Part shown: positions 36,560 through 46,341 of the stretch, piece by piece
How positions within the stretch are numbered: the stretch's first letter is position 1
How the letters are laid out: each line of letters begins with the position of its first letter
IMG/VR virus record: IMGVR_UViG_3300047325_000072
Location: 1-64,000 of that record
DNA: 64,000 bases
Strand: one strand, 5' to 3'
Source: a virus
Program-made: the position numbers and the translations under genes
Notes under the pieces: generated by a model
Databases searched by the model: none
Told to the model about the DNA's origin: nothing
What the model saw: the letters and a program-made list of their open reading frames with translations, nothing else

Positions 36560-39500
36560 TCAGCAGCTAGTGACTATTCCAAGAAAAGTAGTAAAGCCTG
36601 ATGTGGGAGACCCCGAGCATGATACCCCAGCTATGCCGTTTATAGTAAGGGGCTGCGCCCCTCCGGAGTCAATTTGAAACGCAAGCGGCCCGGTGGAAAC
36701 ATCTATTTCCAATCCAGCGGTAATGCCCGATGAGCTGGTAATGTGATTTTTTAGGCTGAGATCATCAACATACAGTTTAAGATACCTAGTCGATCCTCCC
36801 GACGTTCCAAGTGTAAGCTGAGAGAAGACCCCGGATCCACCACCACTATTTATGATTGATACCTGTTCATTCCCGCCGCTTTGCGTGAAATTGAACTGCG
36901 ACGCACTGCCCCCCGAAGATACAAAGTTCAGTGGACCAGCGACCGCGCCTATGTTAAGCGACGTATTTGCCGATCCCGAATTTAGGTATACTCCGGCCGC
37001 ATCAAGCACCGCTAGATCGAAATAAGAATTAGCGGTTCCTGTAACGCCGAGAATGTCAACTTTTGAAGACGTGGTTGCATTAGAAACCTCCAATCGAGTT
37101 TGGGTGTTGGTGCTGGAGGGCTGAGCGAAGACGAATTGCGGGTACATTTGCTGCACCCCGAACGTTGCCGCTGGCGAACCCCCGGAGGTAAGCGTAGGCG
37201 AGTTGCCGAAACTTATCAGCGATGAGGCCGTCACTCCCGATGCAAGCGTTGAGCCGGTAAGAGTACCAGCCGCAGCGGGCGGGGTGCAACTCCCGCCTAG
37301 AGAGCAAGAAGTTCCGTTTATCGTGATCGAGCCGCTTGCCGCAGACGCACTACCTGCGTAGCACGTCCAGGGACCAGTCGAGGACACGCCATTCGACCAC
37401 TGAGCCTGTATCCCGTTACCGGGCGTCAGCGTAGACGGGCACGACACGAAGGGCCATGGAGGATCGCCCGAGGCCGGCGTCAGTGTTAGCGAGCTAATGG
37501 TAACATCGGACTGGATTATCGCGTTTTGCCCCTCGCTAGCCTGCGGCATGGCAATCGAACAAGATGCGATCGTACCGGAGCCGTGAATAAATAAATAGGA
37601 GGTCGGGCCAAACTTTTGCATCGTCAGGCCGCCGCTGCACCCTGTCGTGCCGTTTACCGAAATTAGATACCCGCCGGGATAGTTTAGGGTAGAAGCTTTA
37701 AAGTTACCTGCGTCCCAATTTGTGATCGCTCCGGTGTTGTTTGATCCGAACGTCTCGATCGGAGACGCAAGGGTCAACACGTTTCCAGTACCAACGTAAA
37801 CCGCGGGGGATGCGGATACAATGCTGTCCTGACTATAATTCACAATCTGTGTTGTACCAACAAACAAACTCGCCCCTGCATTGTCGGCTAGATAAAGGGC
37901 CGATCCACCCGTCGCCAGCGTACGCAGGTTGCTGATCATAATCGACGCGACACCGTCCGTGCGGACGGCCTGCGAACCAAGTATTTGTTCGCCGGCAAGA
38001 TAGGCGTTACCGATTTGGATAAAACTCCCTCCTGCATTCGATCGAGAGTGAATACCGTAAAGGCACTCGTCGCAACCATAATTCGCGAACGATAATCCTG
38101 TTGCGCTTCCGTTCACGGAAGATGTGAGATCAATACCGGCATAATACCCGAAATTGTAGAACGTAGTTGCCCCGAGTCCATCCATGCGCTCCGCGGTAAA
38201 CGGCGTCCCGTTGCTAACCTGCCAACTTTGCACCGCTGAATTACTTGACCAAACCGGCCAAAAGATCATGCTTCCGTCGAGGCGTGTAGAATCCTCTTGA
38301 TTATCAATAGTAACGAAATTCTTGAAAGGCTGACCGAATATCTGCCCGGTAAAGGATAACCTGCCGCCGAAACCTACAGCTTCCATGAACTGATAAGAAT
38401 TATAAACATAAACGTCGCCGAAGATAATGCGACCGGTAGTGTTATTGACGCTGAAGGTCGGCTGATAAACAGTCGGCGCCCAAAATGAAAGATAGAGCGT
38501 CCCGGAGCCTAGAGAATTGCAACTTGACGGAGAGCCGAGCGTCGGGCCGGGGCACTGAATATGAATCTGTGTCCCGCTATCGATCGACGCGATTGTCGCT
38601 CCCGTCTGCACTTGGGTGTAGCTCGGCACCTGCGCAGACATCGCAGTTGAACCTATCGTGCCAAGATTAGCAGAAAGGGTGAATACCGTAGGACCGCCGC
38701 CCGTAATGGACACGCCGGCCGACACACCGGGGATAACGAGAAATTGGCGCTCTAGGATTGTTCCGGTAACGCCGCTGACCGTGAGAGTGGTTGTTGAAAT
38801 AGACCCCGTAAACGTTGCCGTCGTCGCGCCGCTTGTTGACATCGACTCGGACGAGATCGTACCGAGATTCGCGTTAAGGGTCCAAGTCGATCCGCTCCCG
38901 GAAAGAATATAGGTGTTGCCGACACCCGCGCCGACGAGTTGTTGCCCGACCAGGATCGTGCCCGCAACGCCGCTGACCGTAAGCGTCGTTCCAGATACGG
39001 AACCCGTGAAACTGGCCGCAGTAGTGCCCCCGACGCCCATCCCGACGGCAAGGTTGGCGGTTGAGGAAAGTCCCGAAATGATTGCCGAGCCGGCTGTCGT
39101 AGTCCCGAACTGATCGTTTGCGGTCGGCGAAGAATGATCTTCACACATGCTAAAATTAAAGAAACCGCCCGTACCCTCCAAAGAGCTACCAGTTATGGTT
39201 ATAGGTTTGAAACCTGTGCTCGCCGACTTGCGATGATACCAAGTACCGTGCACCTGGGAAGCAGGACTAGGGCAAGCAGCACCTTGATTATATTCATTGC
39301 CGCCAGTACCTACAAACTTCGGGAGATAAGTGTTCAGCGTATTAGCCGATGCCAGCAGATAAACACCATCGGGTTGAGAAACGAGCGGCACACCGGAGGT
39401 CGCGGCAGCAAGAATATACGGCACATAATCGGTAGTGTCGTCCGGCGTATAGCCGAATTCCCGAATATCGAAGCCTCCCGGAGCATAAACTGCATTAAAG

Positions 39501-40213
39501 CAGCCGCCCCCGGACCCCGGTATTTGCGTCGCGCCGTCACCCGGTGCGTTTATCGCGCCCGATGAAACGTTTTGAGAAATATTAACGGTCCAAGTGTTCC
39601 CGCTACCCGAAAGAATAACAGTGCCCGGTGTTACGCCTGCACTGGAGATTACAAGACCGGGACGCACAACCCCAGATGCAAGCGTGCCGATAGTTAGAGT
39701 TGTGCCGGCAATAGAACTCCCGGTCGAGGTAAAAGTGGTTAAAGAGCATGTTGTGCCCGAAGCATTGTATTGCTGACAAGGGGCATCGCCACCGTTGGCC
39801 GCGAGGTAGCCGCAACGCTCTACTACGGTGCGTGCTGCCACAGTAGCAAGAGCCATCGCCTGATTATTTACAAACGGACCCGCCGCGGCCGTACCGCCAA
39901 GATTGGCAAGAGCGATCGCAGGGTTGTCAACGTCACTTAGGTTTCGGGCCGGGTTAAGCGGAATATAGCCTAGCGCTGCGACAATCTGATTAAAAGTCAG
40001 ATTAAGTAAACCGACAATAGTCGGATTGCACAACGTGCCGTTGTTAGCGTCAACCTTAACGGCAAAATATTGTTTCCAAACGCTGGCGATCGATCCGAAA
40101 ACGCTCCCAGAGGGGTTTGGGAAAGCGGGAGACGATTGAGTGGCGCATTGTGCAAATGCCGGGCTTGCACCCGCAAGCAGCCATATTGCCAGAGCGAAGA
40201 ATGTCTTTCTCAT
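36560..40213 (-). CDS. large tailspike/fibre-like adhesin with beta-helix-like region
   Basis: NLSDV..A..NLG head-binding-like motif, DIREFG..D.TD..I..A beta-helix entry, Ser/Thr/Gly-rich. ATG 40213 overlaps the lysin stop (ATGA). Confidence 0.75.
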   Translation of the reverse strand: MRKTFFALAIWLLAGASPAFAQCATQSSPAFPNPSGSVFGSIASVWKQYFAVKVDANNGTLCNPTIVGLLNLTFNQIVAALGYIPLNPARNLSDVDNPAIALANLGGTAAAGPFVNNQAMALATVAARTVVERCGYLAANGGDAPCQQYNASGTTCSLTTFTSTGSSIAGTTLTIGTLASGVVRPGLVISSAGVTPGTVILSGSGNTWTVNISQNVSSGAINAPGDGATQIPGSGGGCFNAVYAPGGFDIREFGYTPDDTTDYVPYILAAATSGVPLVSQPDGVYLLASANTLNTYLPKFVGTGGNEYNQGAACPSPASQVHGTWYHRKSASTGFKPITITGSSLEGTGGFFNFSMCEDHSSPTANDQFGTTTAGSAIISGLSSTANLAVGMGVGGTTAASFTGSVSGTTLTVSGVAGTILVGQQLVGAGVGNTYILSGSGSTWTLNANLGTISSESMSTSGATTATFTGSISTTTLTVSGVTGTILERQFLVIPGVSAGVSITGGGPTVFTLSANLGTIGSTAMSAQVPSYTQVQTGATIASIDSGTQIHIQCPGPTLGSPSSCNSLGSGTLYLSFWAPTVYQPTFSVNNTTGRIIFGDVYVYNSYQFMEAVGFGGRLSFTGQIFGQPFKNFVTIDNQEDSTRLDGSMIFWPVWSSNSAVQSWQVSNGTPFTAERMDGLGATTFYNFGYYAGIDLTSSVNGSATGLSFANYGCDECLYGIHSRSNAGGSFIQIGNAYLAGEQILGSQAVRTDGVASIMISNLRTLATGGSALYLADNAGASLFVGTTQIVNYSQDSIVSASPAVYVGTGNVLTLASPIETFGSNNTGAITNWDAGNFKASTLNYPGGYLISVNGTTGCSGGLTMQKFGPTSYLFIHGSGTIASCSIAMPQASEGQNAIIQSDVTISSLTLTPASGDPPWPFVSCPSTLTPGNGIQAQWSNGVSSTGPWTCYAGSASAASGSITINGTSCSLGGSCTPPAAAGTLTGSTLASGVTASSLISFGNSPTLTSGGSPAATFGVQQMYPQFVFAQPSSTNTQTRLEVSNATTSSKVDILGVTGTANSYFDLAVLDAAGVYLNSGSANTSLNIGAVAGPLNFVSSGGSASQFNFTQSGGNEQVSIINSGGGSGVFSQLTLGTSGGSTRYLKLYVDDLSLKNHITSSSGITAGLEIDVSTGPLAFQIDSGGAQPLTINGIAGVSCSGSPTSGFTTFLGIVTSC

Positions 40214-40806
40214 GCCGTAGTAGCTCTCTTTTGATAGGCCGCTTCTAGCTTGCCGTCGTAATCGTTGTCCCGGTAGCCTGCGCCATTGTAGCGGAGCGCG
40301 AAACGCGCCCACTGATGCGTGCGGAGATAAGTGTCGAGAGCGTTGGCCCGGCAAAACGCGACGAAAGCGGCAAGGTGCGCTTCTTCACTCTTGACGAAAG
40401 CTGAAACCATATCTTGCGGAGTAGCAAAGCCACAGACAGCGTGGTTCAGCCCCAATACTTGGAACATCCCCCAGCTTGCCGCTTCTAGCGCGGCCGTCTC
40501 GTCGAGCTTCATTGCCTCCGAGAGACGATCGTACTGATGCGCGCCCGGCGCGCCGTAGAGAGATCGGTTCCAAATCGGAGATGAAATATTGGGATTAGAT
40601 TTGTCCCATTTATGGGCCGTAAGCCGTCCGAAAACCTGTGCCTCGTAAAGGATCTTGGGGCGCTTGTCCGGTAGAAATCCGCCCCCCGCAGCCTCAACGT
40701 CGCATACAGCCCAAACAGCGGCCGGCTCGCATCGCAGCGCATGGGCCGCGGCGCTCACAGCGGCAGGAGTTAATCGAATTGCATCGCCAACGAAATTGAT
40801 TGTCAA
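40210..40806 (-). CDS. N-acetylmuramidase endolysin (DUF3380 family)
   Basis: VE..G.GF..PKILYE, ASWG.FQV.G.N, FA..YNG..Y..N.YD.KL..AY. Confidence 0.9.
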   Translation of the reverse strand: MTINFVGDAIRLTPAAVSAAAHALRCEPAAVWAVCDVEAAGGGFLPDKRPKILYEAQVFGRLTAHKWDKSNPNISSPIWNRSLYGAPGAHQYDRLSEAMKLDETAALEAASWGMFQVLGLNHAVCGFATPQDMVSAFVKSEEAHLAAFVAFCRANALDTYLRTHQWARFALRYNGAGYRDNDYDGKLEAAYQKRATTA

Positions 40807-41825
40807 GGTCCGATCCTGAAAGCTATGAATATGCCGCCGGAAGCGCCCGCTGTTCCGGGCGCTATCGCGCAGTTAGCGCCGCCGCCGCCGCCCGGCCAGA
40901 TAGCTACCGGAGTCCCGGCGGCATTAGGCGGACTACCACCTTGCCCCCCGCGGGGTGCGCTTCCGCCCGCGGCAGCCTCGATACTCCCGTTAGAGTAAGC
41001 GCCGGTGCCGTTGCTGACATCCGTGCCGTTACCGCCCGCGATGCAAAGGCCGCCCATAGGTCCGCTGCCGGCGGCGCCCCCTTGCCCCGGCCCGGCGGCG
41101 CCCCCGAAGGCCCCTCCGGCCTGTAGAATGTTGCCCGTAACGCTCCCCGTAACGTTTACCTCGCCGCCGTTACCGCCCGCGGCGGGGTAATATGCGCCCA
41201 CACCGCCGCCGCCGTTTGTAAGAGTGAGAGTTTCGCCCGGAGCGACCGTTGCCCACCCACCCTGATAGCCGCCGGCGCCGCCAGCGCCGCCAGCGCCGCC
41301 CCCGGAGATACCGCCGCTGCCGCCGCCGCCGCCGCCCCAACCCTCCATCCATGCCTGATTACAAAAATCCGGAACGATTGCGGTCGATGTGCCAGGAGCC
41401 GAAACAACAACATATTGGAAACTACCCCATTGCAGCCAGTTCGCGCCGCCTGCGTCCGGGTTAGACAAATTGTTGTCTATGGTTGAAATCCAAAATAGAC
41501 CAGAGCGCGTCGCGGACGGTACCATAGCGCCGCGCGGATAGCCCCCTATTGCGGTCGAAAAAGTCCCGTCGTAAGGGTAAATGCCGCCTGCCTGGAGCCA
41601 GCGTACCGCCAAAGTCACCATAAAAAGAATGCCGTTAGCGTCACTTCCCCAAGGGGGTATACCCCCCGAGGCCACCGGCACAGAGTTTATAGGGCCGAAG
41701 CCCTCGGTAAAAGAGGCGTGCCCCTGGGGCTGCGGCGTGTCCGGGATCGGATTAGTTATATTCCCGAACGGAGCACTATTCCCCCACGGGATCGAAAATT
41801 TCTGAGGAATACTAGAGTCTTGCAT
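40803..41825 (-). CDS. tail fibre protein with Gly-rich C-terminal domain
   Basis: GF.P.N..P..GGIPP.G.D.NGIL, AIGGYP.GA, DNN..NPD baseplate-anchor N-terminus. Confidence 0.85.
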   Translation of the reverse strand: MQDSSIPQKFSIPWGNSAPFGNITNPIPDTPQPQGHASFTEGFGPINSVPVASGGIPPWGSDANGILFMVTLAVRWLQAGGIYPYDGTFSTAIGGYPRGAMVPSATRSGLFWISTIDNNLSNPDAGGANWLQWGSFQYVVVSAPGTSTAIVPDFCNQAWMEGWGGGGGGSGGISGGGAGGAGGAGGYQGGWATVAPGETLTLTNGGGGVGAYYPAAGGNGGEVNVTGSVTGNILQAGGAFGGAAGPGQGGAAGSGPMGGLCIAGGNGTDVSNGTGAYSNGSIEAAAGGSAPRGGQGGSPPNAAGTPVAIWPGGGGGANCAIAPGTAGASGGIFIAFRIGP

Positions 41826-41826
41826 A

Positions 41827-42402
41827 TCACGTCACATATTGGACGGAGACTGAAACGCCAACCGGGCGCGGCAGCACGCCACTAGTCGCTACGATGGCAA
41901 CCTCAAAAGGCGCTAATTGGTAATCGAATTTATAGATCATCGTCATGTCTAAATTGTCGATAACGTAAGCGTGACCGCGATCCGGGAAAAGAATATTAGT
42001 AAGGATGTAATTTATCGCCTGTATGGAGCCGTTGGTTATATTGGCGGCTGCCTTCGCATAGATTAGCTGACGAAAGGCATCGTCCGTAAGCGAATAGTTC
42101 GAGGTTGTCGGCTCGCCCTCGTACCAAGGCGCGACCGTGAAAGAATCACCCGAGGCCGAGCCGGGAGATCCCTCAAAGCCGAGATATTCGTCGGCAGCCA
42201 CCGTTAAGACACGGACGACACCAACAATCCGGCCCCAGACATCGAGGCCGTAACCTACCGCGGTAGCAATGTTCCATATTGAATCGTAAAATACTTCAAA
42301 ATTGGCATCTTGCTCTAACCAATCGTTAATAAAGCCAAGCAGCGCGGTCAAGTGCGCACTGTCGGAATATTGTGAGATGACGGTTTGAGGAAAATTTTTC
42401 AA
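41827..42402 (-). CDS. baseplate wedge protein (DUF2612-like)
   Basis: TVISQY..S, TA.GYGLDVWGRIVG, L.DD..R.LI..KA..NI, LPRP.GV. Confidence 0.85.
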   Translation of the reverse strand: MKNFPQTVISQYSDSAHLTALLGFINDWLEQDANFEVFYDSIWNIATAVGYGLDVWGRIVGVVRVLTVAADEYLGFEGSPGSASGDSFTVAPWYEGEPTTSNYSLTDDAFRQLIYAKAAANITNGSIQAINYILTNILFPDRGHAYVIDNLDMTMIYKFDYQLAPFEVAIVATSGVLPRPVGVSVSVQYVT

Positions 42403-43823
42403 TCTAGCGCCAAAAAGATTGTACCGTCCGAGACGGTTGGTAGTTGATCCAGGTTCATTTGCACGTCGTCGAACATATTGACAGCGCTAAGCGTGCCCGG
42501 TGCTAATGTCTGAGAGCCGGAAACCAAGTATGTGCCTGTTAGACCCGTCCCGGAGATCAGCCCGGTTATCGTGGTGGGCGAGGCTAACCCCGACCCTCCG
42601 AGTAAAAGATCCCCGCGTCGAAGATTACCCGACGCAACGGATGTTACCGTCATCGTTGACCCCGAGATATAGCCTACGATAGACGCCGTTATCGTCGTAC
42701 CAACTTTAATTGAAATTATGTTGTGCGCCCATGCGCCGAGCGCCATGACCGGCCCGTAATAGCGCGAGGCGTAGACAAGTGAACCGATCCGCGCGCGCGG
42801 GCCGCCGTCCGTCCCGGCAAAGGCGTTGATGACAACCGCCTGGACTTGAGTTAGCGCAGTTGACGGCACAGTGGGCGCATTGGTTATCGACACTAGCACA
42901 TAGAAAGGAACCGAGGTTGGGCGATCAAAAGTTACCGGGTAGCTCGGGCCTAGCGTACCGTAGCTCGGAGAGGGATCGTAAACTACGACGGTAGTATTGC
43001 CGGTGTAACCGCAGCCCGGTGCCTTACGAGTCCAAATTGCAAACGCCACCGAGGTGTCCGAGCCGCCCGCAACGCAGACGTAAAGTGAGCGCGGCTGAAT
43101 TAAGACGCCCCCTACTATCAAAGGGCCTCCAGTGTAATTATCGTAAACAAAGGCGTCCAGCACGCCCGAAACGGTCAATACTGCGCCGAGCACAGACGGC
43201 AATGAGCCGATAGAGTTGACCGCGGTAGCGGCCGCGCGGCGTTGCTCAAAATCGGCCCGCGACTCTACATCGTTTCCCAAAGCGCCGTCGTCGGGGTTAG
43301 TTATCGTGTCCCAACCGAAGATCGCCTGAGTGATCTTGATAAGAGTGCCCGCGGAGCAAGGGATCGGGCCGGTTGCAATGTTTTCAAATTGACCCGTGCC
43401 GGTGCCGCTAGGCCCGATCGTTATGTCACCGTTAGCGAGGTAACTATTGCCCTCTGTGTCCGCTGCCAGCGTGCCGTTAGGAATCACTACATTAGGCAAG
43501 CCGGTTACAGTGACAGTGACAGCGGTTGGAAGCGCCGGGTTGCGTTCGATGAAGTAGATGCGCCCGATAGCATCCTGCATGCGGCCGGACGAGGTAGCCG
43601 GATCAACGCCCGAAATAAACCAAAGGAAAGTGGCGTTGCTATCGCCGATTATGGCAGCCTCGGTAGAGGCTAGCTGCCCTTGAGGTGTGCTTAAACCAGG
43701 GTTGAGGTTCCCGCCAAAAGCATTATTTATGTCGGCAAAGACACCCGCTAAAATCGCGCTTTCCGGCGGCGCAACAAAGCCGTTATCCCCGAACTGCGGC
43801 GGCGGTACGCTAGTATCGGCCAT
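42399..43823 (-). CDS. baseplate J-like protein
   Basis: TPQGQLA, GRMQDAIGRIYF, G.DVESR.DFE.RR, YASRYY. Confidence 0.88.
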   Translation of the reverse strand: MADTSVPPPQFGDNGFVAPPESAILAGVFADINNAFGGNLNPGLSTPQGQLASTEAAIIGDSNATFLWFISGVDPATSSGRMQDAIGRIYFIERNPALPTAVTVTVTGLPNVVIPNGTLAADTEGNSYLANGDITIGPSGTGTGQFENIATGPIPCSAGTLIKITQAIFGWDTITNPDDGALGNDVESRADFEQRRAAATAVNSIGSLPSVLGAVLTVSGVLDAFVYDNYTGGPLIVGGVLIQPRSLYVCVAGGSDTSVAFAIWTRKAPGCGYTGNTTVVVYDPSPSYGTLGPSYPVTFDRPTSVPFYVLVSITNAPTVPSTALTQVQAVVINAFAGTDGGPRARIGSLVYASRYYGPVMALGAWAHNIISIKVGTTITASIVGYISGSTMTVTSVASGNLRRGDLLLGGSGLASPTTITGLISGTGLTGTYLVSGSQTLAPGTLSAVNMFDDVQMNLDQLPTVSDGTIFLALD

Positions 43824-44267
43824 TTAGGGGCTAAAGGCTCCGTCCGTAGCGCCCATAACGTACCAAGGCGCGCCCCCGAAGAAGACATCAGATTGTACAG
43901 CCCCGACAAAATTGCCTAGATCATCAAATATTTGAAGTTGACCCCCAAGCTGGCGCGTGGCTTTATCCGGCCCCGTCAAATAGCAAGTTATTGACGTGAC
44001 ATCGGGCACTGTCTCGCCGGTCGTCACAAGCTGATATTTTATGTATTGAACCGGCGGGTTTTGGCCTAATATCTCGGCTCCCGATACGTTTGTACCGCGC
44101 AGCAAATAAGGAATCCCTTGAGACAGGTCATACCAAACTTCATCGCGGAAGGTACGACAGGCTGAGGCTACGTCCTGTGCGATGGCATACTTCCCGGTTG
44201 CTAAGGCGATATTTCCGTTGACGACAGTCAAATCCCAGCTATCCAAGTCTAAAAGAAGGGTATTCAT
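43824..44267 (-). CDS. baseplate W/gp25-like (sheath initiator) protein
   Basis: TLLLD..WDL..GNIA..YA.AQDVASA.R.F..E.WYD..GIPY. Confidence 0.75.
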   Translation of the reverse strand: MNTLLLDLDSWDLTVVNGNIALATGKYAIAQDVASACRTFRDEVWYDLSQGIPYLLRGTNVSGAEILGQNPPVQYIKYQLVTTGETVPDVTSITCYLTGPDKATRQLGGQLQIFDDLGNFVGAVQSDVFFGGAPWYVMGATDGAFSP

Positions 44268-44668
44268 CGAATAACCGTAGCCGTGTAAACGATGCAATAG
44301 GCCATAGCTGCCGAAAAGATAGCCCTAAGACCTAATTCCCAACCGATACGCACGATAAGGTAGCTTTGCGAAAGGAACAAGCAAGGAACCAAGTGAAGGT
44401 AGGCCCCGGCCATCAACAAGAATAAACCAAAATAAGAGGTATCGATCTGGCTTGCGGAAAAGAGCACGTTTACCACAGCGTTGATAAAAATTATCGAGAT
44501 ACCTAATCCAGCGATGGTTATTCCTAATACTAGATATCCCATATTGTAGTCGTTTTGACGCAAGATACGGGGAGACCAAATGGCATAACGAACCGTAACC
44601 TCTAGTATGACTAGAATTATCATGATCCTGATTATCGTGGGATAGAATTCACCCGCGAACATCTTCAC
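44264..44668 (-). CDS. multi-TM membrane protein
   Basis: About four hydrophobic segments; overlaps both neighbours. Confidence 0.6.
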   Translation of the reverse strand: MKMFAGEFYPTIIRIMIILVILEVTVRYAIWSPRILRQNDYNMGYLVLGITIAGLGISIIFINAVVNVLFSASQIDTSYFGLFLLMAGAYLHLVPCLFLSQSYLIVRIGWELGLRAIFSAAMAYCIVYTATVIR

Positions 44669-44829
44669 CGGAGGTTAGCCCCCAAACGGTTAAAGGCTTC
44701 AACCAACTTTTTTGCTTCTTTCTCTAATCGTCGCGCTGAAACGACAGTCCTAACTACATCCTCGATAGGGGGTTGAGCGGATAAATTTCCGATACCGAAA
44801 GCCCCGCATAGTATCTTCATCATTTTCAT
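44665..44829 (-). CDS. 54-aa protein (below the ORF-track cutoff)
   Basis: MKMMKILCGAFG..RLGANLR with ATGA and GTGA overlaps at both ends. Confidence 0.55.
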   Translation of the reverse strand: MKMMKILCGAFGIGNLSAQPPIEDVVRTVVSARRLEKEAKKLVEAFNRLGANLR

Positions 44830-45074
44830 AATTCCCGTCTCGCCGCGAGAGCACTCAAGAAGCCCCGCATCTCGGATAGCGAGAGCGCCAACGATTCAAA
44901 CGCTTGTATCCGCGCATGGGCATCCGCAGAAAACTCGGCACGTTCCTTTTCACGCGCTTCGTTTATACGATAATTAACCCAAACCAAATAAAAAGCGATC
45001 ATCCAGCCTATGATCGTAAGGCCGCCGCATTGGGAAAAAACCGCATCTGCGATCCTGTTTACAACTTCTAGCAT
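44826..45074 (-). CDS. single-TM plus coiled-coil protein (holin/antiholin-like)
   Basis: GGLTIIGWMIAFYLVWV followed by a charged helix. Confidence 0.5.
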   Translation of the reverse strand: MLEVVNRIADAVFSQCGGLTIIGWMIAFYLVWVNYRINEAREKERAEFSADAHARIQAFESLALSLSEMRGFLSALAARREL

Positions 45075-45736
45075 TACGGGTTTTGGGGTTGCCCTACAAC
45101 GCCGCCCTGTGGGTCCTCGTGAATATGCCGCGCGATATCGACATTATTGTAATTCAAAATCTTGTCGGTAAAAGACGCCTGCGCGGTGGTAAACTTTATC
45201 CCATTGGAATTCATATCGATCTTGTTACCGTTCTTATCAGCAATTGAAATACCACCTTCGGTAAAAGTAATATACTGTGAAGGGTTAGCCCCTCCATTGA
45301 CGACGCCCAGGAAGATACCGTCCTCGTATGCACCCCGACGGCGTGAACCGGGATTAGCCTGCCCCCCGGTCGATTTTACCGAGGAAATATCCTCATGGGC
45401 AATAAAGATCATCCCAATGTCACCGATAACGGGATCATTGATCACTGCATTCGCGCCGCCCTGATAGCGGGTATAGGGAAGCTGAAAAACATTGCCGTGC
45501 GGCACAGCGTTTCCCGAGCCGTCGAGTTGATTTACTAGCGGCAACACGTCCACATAGCCCACAGCGCCGGTAGCGCCGGTCGCTATATTTTGATCCTGTG
45601 CGTCATACGGCGCACGCACTATCTTGGCAAGCGTCATCACGCCGCGTCGATTCATCACGCGTTCAGTAACGAATTCTAAAGCGGAGGGATCGCTGGTTTC
45701 CGAAAAAGAGTCGGCGGCGCCGGTTTGATCAGCCAT
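45074..45736 (-). CDS. baseplate central spike (Gp138/gpV-like)
   Basis: VDV.PLVNQ.D, LPY.R.QGG..A.I.DP..GDIG, DIS.VK, PGS.R; C-terminal HxH. Confidence 0.85.
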   Translation of the reverse strand: MADQTGAADSFSETSDPSALEFVTERVMNRRGVMTLAKIVRAPYDAQDQNIATGATGAVGYVDVLPLVNQLDGSGNAVPHGNVFQLPYTRYQGGANAVINDPVIGDIGMIFIAHEDISSVKSTGGQANPGSRRRGAYEDGIFLGVVNGGANPSQYITFTEGGISIADKNGNKIDMNSNGIKFTTAQASFTDKILNYNNVDIARHIHEDPQGGVVGQPQNP

Positions 45737-45741
45737 GTTCT

Positions 45742-46341
45742 TTAAGGGAGAAACGCCCAATATTGCAGCAAGAAACGCGTGCCCAGCCCTGGGATTATAC
45801 CGGCGATAGCTGTGGGAGAACGTCCCTCCAGGTAAAGCGGATAAGCCCGCTGCTCGTCGTTACGCAGGTCTAGCGGCGGTAAGACGGTCGGCACGCCCTG
45901 CGCGTCCTCGCTAAGCTGAGTGTCGGTGAGTATAAGGTCGCCGATGAAAGCGCTGTACGGGGCGCGGATAATCGGAACGTTGTTCAGGCAAATACAACCG
46001 CCCGCCACCAAAGCGGTGCCCAGGTAGAGATCCAGAAACACCGGGTTTATGTTGCGATATGTCGGGGGCGCTGTAGGGATCGATCCCGGAGGGGTTATCG
46101 GTACGTTTATCGATTTGGTATAAATTCGGATCGTACAAACCTGCCCTCCGAGCGTAACATTGATTGTTTGACGCGGTGCGGTTGTCAGCGGAATGATGAA
46201 GGGAGCCGGGACAAAGAAGCTGCCGTCCGGGTTGAAAACGAATATTACCGGCAGCCCCGGCATAGGCGCACTGGTCGCAAGTTGAATGCTGCCGTCCCGC
46301 GCGACTTCTATAGTCCGGAAAGTTGGCGAGGTAGAGGTCAT
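45742..46341 (-). CDS. baseplate plug-like protein
   Basis: IPL..P.Q..V.LGGQ.C, F.GDL..DTQ..D, GLG.RF.L.Y. Confidence 0.7.
   Translation of the reverse strand: MTSTSPTFRTIEVARDGSIQLATSAPMPGLPVIFVFNPDGSFFVPAPFIIPLTTAPRQTINVTLGGQVCTIRIYTKSINVPITPPGSIPTAPPTYRNINPVFLDLYLGTALVAGGCICLNNVPIIRAPYSAFIGDLILTDTQLSEDAQGVPTVLPPLDLRNDEQRAYPLYLEGRSPTAIAGIIPGLGTRFLLQYWAFLP

Noticed and set aside
40214-40354. 47-aa N-terminal extension of the 1264-aa track ORF
   Set aside because: It lies within the endolysin gene; the ATG at 40213 gives a normal ATGA coupling.
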